Of a stretch of DNA of 61,567 nt, positions 33,572 to 42,819 are shown in pieces; within the stretch, counting starts at the first letter, position 1, and each line of letters begins with the position of its first letter. This stretch comes from Candidatus Krumholzibacteriota bacterium (GTDB taxonomy: Bacteria > Krumholzibacteriota > Krumholzibacteriia > JAJRXK01). The translations under genes were made by a program, and so were the position numbers. The stretch covers positions 1 through 61,567 of the forward strand of contig CAVSGG010000014.1 in assembly GCA_963727455.1 (NCBI GenBank). Direction: 5' to 3'. Under the pieces are notes generated by a model. That model was not told the DNA's origin, made no database searches, and saw nothing but the letters and a program-made list of their open reading frames with translations.

Positions 33572-34999
33572 TCACCCCTGTGAATTCGCTGACTTCCGAG
33601 GATTGCTCGGCGTCTGATTCCGTATAGTCGTTGGCGCGGCGATGGCCACCGAACGCGCCAGTCGCGCCAGAAAGGCAGGGTGCAGTGTTCGCAGGAAGAT
33701 CTCCTTATAATCTGAACTTCCCGTAAACATGTCCCACAGGACCGAACTCATGCGTGGCGGCGGTCCGTTCTCGCTTTGTTCCTCATTGACATTGTGGAGG
33801 ATTGCGGCCCGGGCCAAAAAACTGCGCTGGATGAGATGCGTCACCCAGAAGATGAATTTTCCCATGCGATTGTCTTGGGCGATCTTGCGACAGACGGGAT
33901 CATAGTGTTTAGCAAACTCCTTCGCAGATACGCCGTGAAAGACAGCGGTTCGAGCCGCCGTTTTGGCAGTGCGATAAGCTGCTCCGATTCCATCCTTGTA
34001 GAGGCGGCTCACTCCGCAATCTCCAATGAAGACGATGCGGTCCATGTAAACGGGTGACGCTCCGACGATTGGCATCGATGGGGAACACTGGCAGGAAAAA
34101 TTCTCGGGATCCCAGTCTTTCGGCATACAGTCGCGAAGTTCGGGAGAGGATACGAAGTTGTTCAGCAGCTCCTTGTCGATCTTCCGACCCAAGAGACACA
34201 TCGTCACGTACTCTCCCTTGGGAATCATGGCGGCGAAGTCCAGACCAGGAATGTCCAGTAGGAAGACATGCATCGAAGCGCCGAGATGTTGATCGATGGT
34301 CTCGGCGCCGAGACGGTACTCGCGAATACTCGTCTTTACCGACAATGGCGGTCGATAGGAGGGTTCCAAACTTTCGATTAGCCTATGCGTGGTCGAATTG
34401 ACTCCGCTGGCCACCGCCAGTAGCTCATAGCTCTCGTCCCGACCCGATTTGGTTCTGACTCGAATGCGACCGTCCTCTCGCTCCAACGCAACGACTCGAT
34501 CTTGCACGATCGTGACGCCTCGATGCTTGGAGAGTTCTTGCAAGTGACCATCGAAGCTCGTCCAGATGGCGTTCTTCAGATCACGGGGTCCGGCTCCCCG
34601 ATGGACGGTGGCGATGCGCTTGTCCTCTTGCGGGGTTGCGATTCGGACGGCGCGCTGGTCCATGTGCATCACGTAAGAATCAATTCCTCGCTGCACGACG
34701 GTATCCGGCAAAGGAATACCGTCGACAGCGAGATTCTGTACCAGCGATTCAGAGATGATGCCGCCGCACATGTTGCATCCCTTGGGACCGGCGCAATGGA
34801 ATTCTCGCGGCTCGTAGACCTCCACGGAGAGTTTGAGAGCGCTCAGATTCGCATACTCCAAGAGTGCGGAGCTGAAGAAGGAGCCGGCAGGTCCGCCGCC
34901 GATTACTGCCACTCTGGCGCCATCCTGGAGGGTCATAGCGGATTGGTTCGGCGTTTGCTCGGCCGGCGCGTCCCAAAGTTGCTGCGTCGTCGACTTCAT
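33572..34999 (-). CDS. FAD-dependent oxidoreductase (geranylgeranyl reductase-like) with Cys-rich motifs
   Basis: VAVIGGGPAG Rossmann motif; HCAGPKGCNMCGG; CQC; FIGD FAD motif; start uncertain. Confidence 0.8.
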   Translation of the reverse strand: MKSTTQQLWDAPAEQTPNQSAMTLQDGARVAVIGGGPAGSFFSSALLEYANLSALKLSVEVYEPREFHCAGPKGCNMCGGIISESLVQNLAVDGIPLPDTVVQRGIDSYVMHMDQRAVRIATPQEDKRIATVHRGAGPRDLKNAIWTSFDGHLQELSKHRGVTIVQDRVVALEREDGRIRVRTKSGRDESYELLAVASGVNSTTHRLIESLEPSYRPPLSVKTSIREYRLGAETIDQHLGASMHVFLLDIPGLDFAAMIPKGEYVTMCLLGRKIDKELLNNFVSSPELRDCMPKDWDPENFSCQCSPSMPIVGASPVYMDRIVFIGDCGVSRLYKDGIGAAYRTAKTAARTAVFHGVSAKEFAKHYDPVCRKIAQDNRMGKFIFWVTHLIQRSFLARAAILHNVNEEQSENGPPPRMSSVLWDMFTGSSDYKEIFLRTLHPAFLARLARSVAIAAPTTIRNQTPSNPRKSANSQG

Positions 35000-35016
35000 T
35001 TCGAAGAGCTCCGGTT

Positions 35017-35781
35017 TCAAAACTCCAGTACGCGTCCTGCCTCCAGAATCTCCACATGTCCATTGGCCCAACGGGTGATGTCTTCGATCGTCTCGTGCTT
35101 GCTGGGCCCTTTGATCGCGTAGACGTAGATCGGCGTATCCTTCATGGGGGCTTCATCGAGTTCAGTCCGCAGCAGTCGTGGGCACAGATGTCCGGACCCC
35201 TGAGCGAGGCTCTCGAGTCGATCGGGGAAGGAGCACTCAATCAGAATTCCCCTTAGGCGATCGTGATAAGGCACGAGCTCTTCCCAAAAGGAGGATCCCG
35301 GCCCCGTGTCCCCGCTGACGGCCAGAGCGCCGGTTTCGGACTCGAGGATGAAGCCTACCGATCCGCCCTGGTGGGGCATTTCGACCGCCAGGACTTCGAG
35401 TTTGCCCAAGAAAAACTCTTTGCCTGCGGTAAATTCCCGCAAGCGCAAAATCGGTGCTTGCGGAGGCAAGGCAGTAAAATCTGGCCAGAGTTTTCCGTTG
35501 AAAAGGCTATTTCGCAAACACTCGATCGTGCGGTGGTCAGCATGTGCGGTCAGCGAATGATCGATACGCCCGAAGAGGTTCTCGCATAGGAAAGGAAGAT
35601 CCCGCACGTGGTCCAGGTGGGGATGCGTGATGAGAACGTCGCTCAGCTTCTCCTGTTCGGACTGAGATAAGGTTGAAGCAGCAGAGCCGACGTCCAGCAA
35701 GATGTGGTCATCCAGAAGAAAGCAGCTCACATCGCTGTCGGGACCCACGCTTCCCCCGGCGGACAGGACGCGAACCTTCAT
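35017..35781 (-). CDS. Class II (MBL-fold) 3',5'-cyclic nucleotide phosphodiesterase
   Basis: LLDVGS, THPHLDH, FNGKLWPDF, SGDTGP and IECSFP..SGHL; ATGA overlap with the cyclase stop. Confidence 0.85.
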   Translation of the reverse strand: MKVRVLSAGGSVGPDSDVSCFLLDDHILLDVGSAASTLSQSEQEKLSDVLITHPHLDHVRDLPFLCENLFGRIDHSLTAHADHRTIECLRNSLFNGKLWPDFTALPPQAPILRLREFTAGKEFFLGKLEVLAVEMPHQGGSVGFILESETGALAVSGDTGPGSSFWEELVPYHDRLRGILIECSFPDRLESLAQGSGHLCPRLLRTELDEAPMKDTPIYVYAIKGPSKHETIEDITRWANGHVEILEAGRVLEF

Positions 35782-36683
35782 GCTTTCGCCGCCTCTCGAG
35801 CTTCGACCGCGAAATGAACGCACTGAGGATTCATTTCGTCCACACGTTCGCCAAGTCCCAGAAAACCGGTCCCGGGAAGCGTAACTTCACCCTGATGCAC
35901 TCGCTGGGCAGTGCCGTTCGCTGGATGCAGCCAGGTGCCGTTGCAGCTCTCGTCGATGAGGATGAATCGACCGCGCCGGTATTCGATTCGACAATGAGAA
36001 CGTGACACCACATTACTTTCGAGAATCAAGTCGTTGTGGTCGAAGCGTCCCAGTCTCAGGACCGGCCGTGCACAGTCGATCACGAAGCGATCCTCACCGT
36101 GCCGAATGAGCATACTCTTCTCCGTGAGCATCGGATTGGTGATGGGAGTGAATTGGGTTTGAATTGCGGCTTTCCAGATCAGTTCGAAGATGACGATGCT
36201 GCCGCTCTTTCCTTTTACGGCCGTGGATCCCAGAGCCTGGGTGCGCATGGCAAAGAAGGGAGGAAGCTCTTTCACCGTTTCCGAGGTCGTGAGGATCTGT
36301 CCCGGCTGCGCCATAGAGACCACACGCGCGGCTAGGTTGACTGTATCACCGAAGACATCGCCATTCTCTTCCAGAAACGGTCCTGCTTGAAAGCCGATCC
36401 GTGCGTGCAGCTCCATTTCGACCGAGGGTAAGCCACTGTCCAGCGCACATTGAATGTCCATGGCGGCCTGCGCTGCATTCTCGGCGTTCGGGAAGACACA
36501 CAGGAGTTCGTCACCGATGCGCTTGACGACACGGCCGCTCACCGCGTCGACGATCCTCTGCCAACACGCGATGGCGTGGGAGCTGTAGCGCAGCGCTTTC
36601 TCATCGCCGAGACGTTCGTACAGACCGGTGCTATCGGTGAGATCGACGAACAAGACGGTCTTGCTGGGGGGAGCAGCACCCAT
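35778..36683 (-). CDS. Class III adenylate cyclase with C-terminal FHA domain
   Basis: VLFVDL..ST, VKRIGDE, GDVFGDTVNLAAR (Lys/Asp pair consistent with ATP specificity); FHA LGR..VSRSH..D.S.NGT. Confidence 0.92.
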   Translation of the reverse strand: MGAAPPSKTVLFVDLTDSTGLYERLGDEKALRYSSHAIACWQRIVDAVSGRVVKRIGDELLCVFPNAENAAQAAMDIQCALDSGLPSVEMELHARIGFQAGPFLEENGDVFGDTVNLAARVVSMAQPGQILTTSETVKELPPFFAMRTQALGSTAVKGKSGSIVIFELIWKAAIQTQFTPITNPMLTEKSMLIRHGEDRFVIDCARPVLRLGRFDHNDLILESNVVSRSHCRIEYRRGRFILIDESCNGTWLHPANGTAQRVHQGEVTLPGTGFLGLGERVDEMNPQCVHFAVEAREAAKA

Positions 36684-37061
36684 TCTTGCCTCGCGCATTT
36701 GCAACTCGTTCGTTCGGGCGTTCGCGCCGAAGGGACCCCGGAACCAATGCACTCATTCTACATCTTGACCTTGGCCTGCGATACCGCGAAAGGCAATGGG
36801 AAGGTGGTCGGAGCAAAACGAGCGTTCGTTTCGTCAAACGGAAGGGCGCAACGCGTTGACGCCCCAAAATATCTGTCCTAGAGTCACAGCGCAGGTCCTT
36901 CCGGCCGTTCCCCGTTCCACCTTTTCGCCGGATGCCACCATGACTCGACGGTTCCATCCGCGGCCCTTGCCGCTCTCCCGACGAGGGTGCCCCCTCGGAG
37001 GCAATCTCCTCGATACACCGTCGAGATCACTCTTCCTCCCATGCCGCAAGAAAGAGGAACC

Positions 37062-38207
37062 ATGAAGCGAACACTGCTCATCGGGATCCTGTGCTTGGGA
37101 TTCTCGAGCTTTCCCACCGCCGCAGCGACAGCCGCAGAAACCAGGCCGGCCTTGGGTTTACCCCCCATACCCATACCGGTCGACAATCCACAGACGCCGG
37201 CGAAGATCGCCCTCGGCGACAAGCTCTTCCACGACAAACGCTTCAGCATGACGGGCGAAGTCAGCTGCTCCACCTGTCATGACAATGACAAGGCCTTCAC
37301 CGACAGCCCGCTGCGTTTCTCCGAAGGCATCCACAAGCTCAACGGCACCCGAAACGCGCCCACGGTGGTGAATGCCGCCTACTTCGGCACGCAGTTCTGG
37401 GACGGACGCTCCCCCGATCTCGAGGATCAAGCATTGCATCCCTTCGTGAATCCGGTGGAGATGGGCCTTCCCGATCACGAGCCCGTTTTGAAGCTGGTGC
37501 GGGAGGACCCGGAGTACGTCGAGGCATTCACCAAGGTCTTCAACAAGAGTGGCATGGAGATCACGATGACCGAAGTGACCGATGCCATCGCGGCCTTCGA
37601 GCGCACGATCGTGGCCGGAGATTCTCCCTTCGATCGCTACTACTACGGAGGAGACGCGACAGCGCTCACGGAGCAGCAGAAGCGTGGCTTTGAACTCTTC
37701 GCCAACAAGGGCCGTTGTCTGTCGTGCCACGTAGTCGAACAGACGCAGGCCCTCTTCACGGACAACCGCTTTCACAACATCGGCGTCGGGATCAATGACA
37801 TTCAGTCAGACGTACCCGAACTAGCCCACGAGTTTTTGCAGGCGGAAGCTACCCTGAGTGAGGTGGACGTGAAGGTCCTGACGGATCCGAAAACCTCGGA
37901 GCTGGGACGCTTCGCGGTCACGCGCAAGTTCGACGATCTGGGAGCGATCAAGACGCCCACTTTGCGGAACGTCGCCGCTACCGCGCCCTACATGCATGAT
38001 GGCAGTCTCAAGACCTTACGTGAGGTCGTGGAGCACTACAACAACGGCGGAGTCACCAACACGGATGACCCCATCAACGACTTCTTGAGCGGTGGAATTC
38101 GGCCGCTCAATCTCAGCGAGAGTGAAATCGACGACCTCGTCGCGTTCATGGAAGCTCTGACAAGCCCTCAATTCACCGAACTGGCCGCAAAGTCCGGTAC
38201 GGAATAA
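37062..38207 (+). CDS. Diheme cytochrome c peroxidase / MauG-family protein
   Basis: Signal peptide; CSTCH and CLSCH; RNAPT, QFWDGR, KTPTLRN..TAPYMHDG and VVEHYN. Confidence 0.92.
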   Translation: MKRTLLIGILCLGFSSFPTAAATAAETRPALGLPPIPIPVDNPQTPAKIALGDKLFHDKRFSMTGEVSCSTCHDNDKAFTDSPLRFSEGIHKLNGTRNAPTVVNAAYFGTQFWDGRSPDLEDQALHPFVNPVEMGLPDHEPVLKLVREDPEYVEAFTKVFNKSGMEITMTEVTDAIAAFERTIVAGDSPFDRYYYGGDATALTEQQKRGFELFANKGRCLSCHVVEQTQALFTDNRFHNIGVGINDIQSDVPELAHEFLQAEATLSEVDVKVLTDPKTSELGRFAVTRKFDDLGAIKTPTLRNVAATAPYMHDGSLKTLREVVEHYNNGGVTNTDDPINDFLSGGIRPLNLSESEIDDLVAFMEALTSPQFTELAAKSGTE

Positions 38208-38221
38208 GGAGAGGAGCCGAG

Positions 38222-39298
38222 ATGTCCCAATTCAAGATGAGTCGTCGCGAATTTCTCAAGAGCGCGGGCATCGTGACGGCCGCGAGCTGTCTGCCGATGA
38301 GCATGGTGGAGCTATCCTTCGCCGATCCGCGCAAGAACTTCACCTTTGCCTACATCTCCGACTCCCACCTGCAACACATCACGGGGACGAAGTTCGTCAA
38401 CAACTGGGACCGCGGACTGATTCGGGCCGTGGCGGAGACGAATCTACTCACACCCAAGCCCGACTTTGTGGTCTTCGGAGGCGATCTGGCCCAGCTCGGG
38501 AAAAAGGAAGAGCTCGACCACGGGGCCGAGATGCTGTCCAAGCTGAATTACAAAACCTATCACGTCATGGGGGAGCACGACTACTATCTTGATCTGGGCG
38601 AGTACTGGTCGAAGCTCTACGGCGACCAGTACTACAGCTTCGATCACAAGGGAACGCACTTCATCGTTCTCAACAGCGTTCTCACCTACGATGACTGGAC
38701 CTACAACCGCTGGCCCAGCGCCGAGCAACGCATGGTGGAGATGGCGGGACTGGACAATCCCAACGGTTCGCCCTTCATGGTGGGCGAGAAGCAGCGCGAA
38801 TGGCTGCGCAAAGACCTCGCAAAGGTGAAGAAGGACACGCCGGTCGTGGTCTTCTCGCATTCGCCGATTCAGAAGCTCTACAAGGGGTGGAACTTCTGGA
38901 CGGAGGATGCCGAGCAGATTCATGAGCTCCTGAAGCCCTTCGACAAAGTGTCGGTGGTCTACGGCCACGTCCACCAGGTGCAATACAACCAGATTGGCAA
39001 CATCAGCTTCAATGCGGTCATGGCGACAGCTTGGCCCTGGCCGTATCCAGAGAGCTATGCGCAGGCCCAGCATCACATGCCGAAGCTGACCGTGCGGATG
39101 AATCGCGCCGATCCGTTTTTCGAGCGCGATGCCACGGGTTGGCAGCTCATCGACATCAACAGCGGTAAGCCTGCTCTAAAATACAACCTGTACAACAACA
39201 CGAACCGGACCGTGGCCTACAACCCCAAAATGGGGCGGCCCGAAGATGCGATGTTCCAGGACGAGTCCGAGCGGATACCTCCGCAATTCCATTTCTAG
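38222..39298 (+). CDS. Tat-exported calcineurin-like metallophosphoesterase
   Basis: SRREFLK Tat motif; DSH, GGDL, GEHD, SHSP and GHVH motifs. Confidence 0.9.
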   Translation: MSQFKMSRREFLKSAGIVTAASCLPMSMVELSFADPRKNFTFAYISDSHLQHITGTKFVNNWDRGLIRAVAETNLLTPKPDFVVFGGDLAQLGKKEELDHGAEMLSKLNYKTYHVMGEHDYYLDLGEYWSKLYGDQYYSFDHKGTHFIVLNSVLTYDDWTYNRWPSAEQRMVEMAGLDNPNGSPFMVGEKQREWLRKDLAKVKKDTPVVVFSHSPIQKLYKGWNFWTEDAEQIHELLKPFDKVSVVYGHVHQVQYNQIGNISFNAVMATAWPWPYPESYAQAQHHMPKLTVRMNRADPFFERDATGWQLIDINSGKPALKYNLYNNTNRTVAYNPKMGRPEDAMFQDESERIPPQFHF

Positions 39299-39311
39299 AA
39301 GGAGTGAGACG

Positions 39312-39725
39312 ATGCGAACGAAATTTCTTGGAGCCTCGCTCCTCTTGCTCGTGATTCTGATGGCCGCGGGAGAGTTCATGGTTCGTGCCGACGAATTCAC
39401 GAAGGAGGATCTGGCCCGCTGGCAACAGGAGTACATGACCGTGGTCGCGCGTGGCCGTGAGCTGTGGACGAGTCCTGATCTGGGAACGAATGGCGTTGCC
39501 TGCGCGCAGTGTCACCCGAATGCGGCGAATACGCATCCGGAGACCTACCCCAAGTTTCAGCAGCAGTTGGGACGAGTGGCGCCCCTGCGCGACATGATCA
39601 ACTGGTGCCTCATGAATCCACTGGAGGGTGAGCCTCTCGAGCTCGACGATCCCGATCTGGTGGCGATCGAAACCTATGTGAACTATGAGCGGCAGGGGGT
39701 CCCGATGGCACCCGGCAAACACTGA
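39312..39725 (+). CDS. Monoheme c-type cytochrome, SoxA/TsdA-domain-like
   Basis: Signal peptide; CAQCH; LRDMINWCL with a candidate distal Cys. Confidence 0.8.
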   Translation: MRTKFLGASLLLLVILMAAGEFMVRADEFTKEDLARWQQEYMTVVARGRELWTSPDLGTNGVACAQCHPNAANTHPETYPKFQQQLGRVAPLRDMINWCLMNPLEGEPLELDDPDLVAIETYVNYERQGVPMAPGKH

Positions 39726-39775
39726 CGACGGACAGTCTGGTGCGAGTGCCCTTCTGGTCCAATGGGAAATGAAAA

Positions 39776-39799
39776 CGGGCCCCGCTGATGCGGGGCCCG
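39776..39799. terminator. Intrinsic terminator between convergent operons
   Basis: CGGGCCCCGC-TGAT-GCGGGGCCCG; TTTT follows on the minus strand. Confidence 0.75.
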
Positions 39800-39831
39800 C
39801 TTGCGAAGAGCTCGAGCTCACGGATTGCCGG

Positions 39832-40674
39832 TCACTTCTTTTCGAGCCTGACCTCTCCGCTGAAAACAGAGATCTCGATGCGCGCACTTCCATCGCCATT
39901 GGTGAAGTTGAGCTCCTTTCCCGGGGCAAACTTCGAGGTGCGTTCAGCCTGCTGACCAAACTCGTTGTCGATGTCACCGCTGAAAGTGCTGATATCGAAC
40001 TCCGCATCGATGTTCGAGGGCACGGCTAAATGCGCGGTACCGCTGTGACAGCTGATCTCCCAGCTCGCGTGCTTCGCGGCGTTCGCTTCGAGCTCGAAGT
40101 CACCACTGACACTGCTGAACTCCAGCTTCTTGAGTGTTCCCGCAGTTACCCGCGCGTCTCCGCTGACGATCGAGATCTCCAGGCTCTCCTGAACTCCACT
40201 GACCTCGACGTCTCCGCTGACGCATCCGATTTCTACGTCCTTCGAGTTGCAGTCCAGCCGGATATCGCCACTGACGGTTGCGATGTCGAGCGACCCTTCC
40301 ACCCGAGAGATGTCGAAATCCGTGCTGACTCCCTGCACTTCTAGTTCACAGCCCTTGGGAACCATGAACTCCAGAGTAGAGCCATCAAGGTGCCGGTTAT
40401 TGTCGGGATATTCCACTTTGAAACTCATGTCCCCTTCGTCACCTTCGATTTCTAGACCTTCGGCCTTGGGATCGAGAGTTCCGGTAACCTGAACCTCGTT
40501 CTTGTCCCAGGCGGTGATCGTGACGTTTCCCGCCAATACGTCGATCGAGATCTCGGCGTCAGCATCGACGGTACGAGATTCATCCACCTTGGTGGCGCCG
40601 TAGCTCCTCGAATTGCTGAAGAGTGAAACAGCCAAGAGAATTGCCAGGGCTGAAAATAGTCTCGAGTTCTTCAT
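39832..40674 (-). CDS. DUF4097 family beta-strand repeat protein
   Basis: Signal peptide; repeated T/S-V-S-G-D-I/V units. Confidence 0.88.
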   Translation of the reverse strand: MKNSRLFSALAILLAVSLFSNSRSYGATKVDESRTVDADAEISIDVLAGNVTITAWDKNEVQVTGTLDPKAEGLEIEGDEGDMSFKVEYPDNNRHLDGSTLEFMVPKGCELEVQGVSTDFDISRVEGSLDIATVSGDIRLDCNSKDVEIGCVSGDVEVSGVQESLEISIVSGDARVTAGTLKKLEFSSVSGDFELEANAAKHASWEISCHSGTAHLAVPSNIDAEFDISTFSGDIDNEFGQQAERTSKFAPGKELNFTNGDGSARIEISVFSGEVRLEKK

Positions 40675-40686
40675 GATCTCACCTTT

Positions 40687-41358
40687 CTAAAGGGTGTTCG
40701 TTTGGACGGCAATCCGTTGCAGAAGGTTTAGTTTGTTCCGATAGCTGGTAGCCAGGCTCCGATACTCCGGAGAGTTCATGTCCGTTTCGTTCATGGCGGC
40801 GGTGGTCTCGCGCAGCGCCTTCTGAATTTGGTCCAGGCTACGGTTTAGGACGAACTCCGCGTCCGCGGACAGCTTGCCCCCGTCTTTGGCCAGGACGATG
40901 CGGTAGTCCTCGACCATGGAGTCCGAGCACAGCGTCAGCATATCCTTCCCGCCACCCTGCGCTGGCAATGTCGGCGGACGGAGTTCGCGAAGTGTGGGCG
41001 GCAGGAGCAGTACGCAGGCCAGTGCGGCCGCCAAGAGCCAGCTCAGCGCGCGAGGCGAGAAGAGGGAAGGAGCCGATCGCTCGACGGGCCTCTCGCTCAC
41101 AAGACGGATCCGCTCGGCAGCTTTGTCGCTTACGGCGTTTCCCAAGCGCGCGGCAAGTTCCGGCCAGAGATCCCGCGAAGGCCGGATCTCCCCGGGGAGC
41201 TGCCGGGCTTGGTTCAAAAGGGTCCGCAGTGACTGCAGTTCGCGGGCGCAGACCGGGCACGATTCCAGGTGCGTGTTTACCTCTTGTTCCGCGGCGGGCT
41301 CGAGCAGTCCATCGAGGTAGTCGTCCAATTGAGCGAGGAAGGTCTCGTGCGTGGTCAT
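40687..41358 (-). CDS. Zinc-finger (zf-HC2) transmembrane anti-sigma factor
   Basis: YLDG.L and HLESCPVC (HxxxCxxC); one TM helix; coupled to the sigma gene. Confidence 0.88.
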   Translation of the reverse strand: MTTHETFLAQLDDYLDGLLEPAAEQEVNTHLESCPVCARELQSLRTLLNQARQLPGEIRPSRDLWPELAARLGNAVSDKAAERIRLVSERPVERSAPSLFSPRALSWLLAAALACVLLLPPTLRELRPPTLPAQGGGKDMLTLCSDSMVEDYRIVLAKDGGKLSADAEFVLNRSLDQIQKALRETTAAMNETDMNSPEYRSLATSYRNKLNLLQRIAVQTNTL

Positions 41359-41888
41359 GCCAATGCCTCCCTCAGGAGTCTGCGGGCGCGGTGAAGCTGC
41401 GCTTTGATCGTGCCTTCGGCGAGATCGGACAGCACTGCGATCTCGCGGATCTTGTATCCTTGCACGTCGTGCAGCACGAATGCGCTACGTGCTCCGTCCG
41501 GGAGCGCTGCGATTGCTTTTTCGAGGTCCATGCGTTGCCCCCCGCTCTCGGTCCGGGTCTCGGGAAGGTGCCGCGCGACCGGGCTCTCGTCGAGCGAGGT
41601 CTCTCGGGCGTCCTTGCGGCGGTTTCTGCGCCTTTGATCCAGCACCACGTTGACTGTCAAGCGGTGTAGCCAGGTCGTGAAGCGGCTGCGGCCTTCGAAG
41701 CTGGAGAGGTTGCGCCAGGCTCGGACGAACGCATCCTGGGTAAGGCTCTCCGCCAGATCCCGGTCCGCACTCATACGCAGACAGAGCGCGTAAACGCGGT
41801 TGACGTGGAGCCGATAGATTCGCTCGAAGGCGCTCTGGTCTCCCTCACGCGCGCGGTCGAGCAGTGCTCCGAGATCGGAATCGCTCAT
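41355..41888 (-). CDS. ECF RNA polymerase sigma-70 factor
   Basis: GDQSAFE, AESLTQDAF, F.TWLHRL and GTIKAQLHRARRLLR; start 41888 or 41933. Confidence 0.93.
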   Translation of the reverse strand: MSDSDLGALLDRAREGDQSAFERIYRLHVNRVYALCLRMSADRDLAESLTQDAFVRAWRNLSSFEGRSRFTTWLHRLTVNVVLDQRRRNRRKDARETSLDESPVARHLPETRTESGGQRMDLEKAIAALPDGARSAFVLHDVQGYKIREIAVLSDLAEGTIKAQLHRARRLLREALA

Positions 41889-42302
41889 CTCGAGCACCTC
41901 TGCACACTGCGTGAGTTGCTGTTCTGGCAGCATTCCAGTCTCCGGGGCCGAGTTCCTTCCGGCATATGATTCGACCTCCGAGGAGGGGAAAAGGCTTAAA
42001 GCGAGGTCGCAGATTCTGTAGAATTTGCGCCAGGGCCCCAAGATCCAGCATCGCCGCTTCCGGGCGGCAAAGGAAGCACTGGTTGGCGCGCCCCTGCCGT
42101 TTTTGCCTCTTGGAAGTGCTTTTGGCTGGAAGGGGTTGGCCCAGTCTCCCGATTTCCAGCGGACGGGCCTCGAATGCGATTCGAGCTTGCTAGATGTGGG
42201 ACCTCCACCTACTCCATTAATAACGCGGTGGGGCATAAATATAGGGAGATCCCCCGCGAAGGACGATGCTGCGGCCAACGCGCCGGAAAGAAAGGTAGAG
42301 CA

Positions 42303-42806
42303 ATGGGAAAACGAGGACGCGAAATCGTCGGGATGGACATCGATGAGGTGCTGAAAATGCTCAACGATGCGTACGCCAGCGAGTGGCTCGCCTACTACCA
42401 ATACTGGTTGGGCGCGAAGCTGATCAAAGGGCCTATGAAGGACGCCGTGGCAGCCGAGTTGGATCAGCACGCCAACGAGGAACTCAGCCATGCGGACATG
42501 GTCGCCGAACGCATCATTCAGCTCGGCGGTATCCCGGAGCTCCAACCCAAGAACTGGGAGAAACTGAGCCCCTGTAAGTACGACGCGCCCGAGGATTCTT
42601 ATGTGGCAGTATTGCTCGACCAAAACATCGTAGCCGAGCAGTGCGCCATCGACACTTACAAGAACATCATGGACGCGACGAAGGACAAGGACATGGTGAC
42701 CCACAACCTTGCCTTGAACATCCTCGAGCAGGAAGTCGAGCACGAGGAAGACCTGCAGGGACTTCGCGAAGATCTCGATCTGATGGCCGAACGCGGGAGC
42801 AAGTGA
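42303..42806 (+). CDS. DPS-like (DPSL) ferritin-family protein
   Basis: AYASEWLAYYQYW, EELSHA..ERI.QLGG, AEQCAI..Y and EVEHE; Cys pair typical of DPSL. Confidence 0.88.
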   Translation: MGKRGREIVGMDIDEVLKMLNDAYASEWLAYYQYWLGAKLIKGPMKDAVAAELDQHANEELSHADMVAERIIQLGGIPELQPKNWEKLSPCKYDAPEDSYVAVLLDQNIVAEQCAIDTYKNIMDATKDKDMVTHNLALNILEQEVEHEEDLQGLREDLDLMAERGSK

Positions 42807-42819
42807 TCTGGCAGCGGGC

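Noticed and set aside
33162-36683. Pycsar/CBASS-type anti-phage system
   Set aside because: The cyclase has the adenine-specifying Lys/Asp pair and an FHA domain, the cNMP protein has no TM or TIR effector, and there is no defence-island context; signalling is more parsimonious, though defence is not excluded.
41889-42743. 462-aa N-terminally extended sigma factor
   Set aside because: The extension is the antisense shadow of the DPSL gene plus intergenic DNA; ECF homology starts near 41888.
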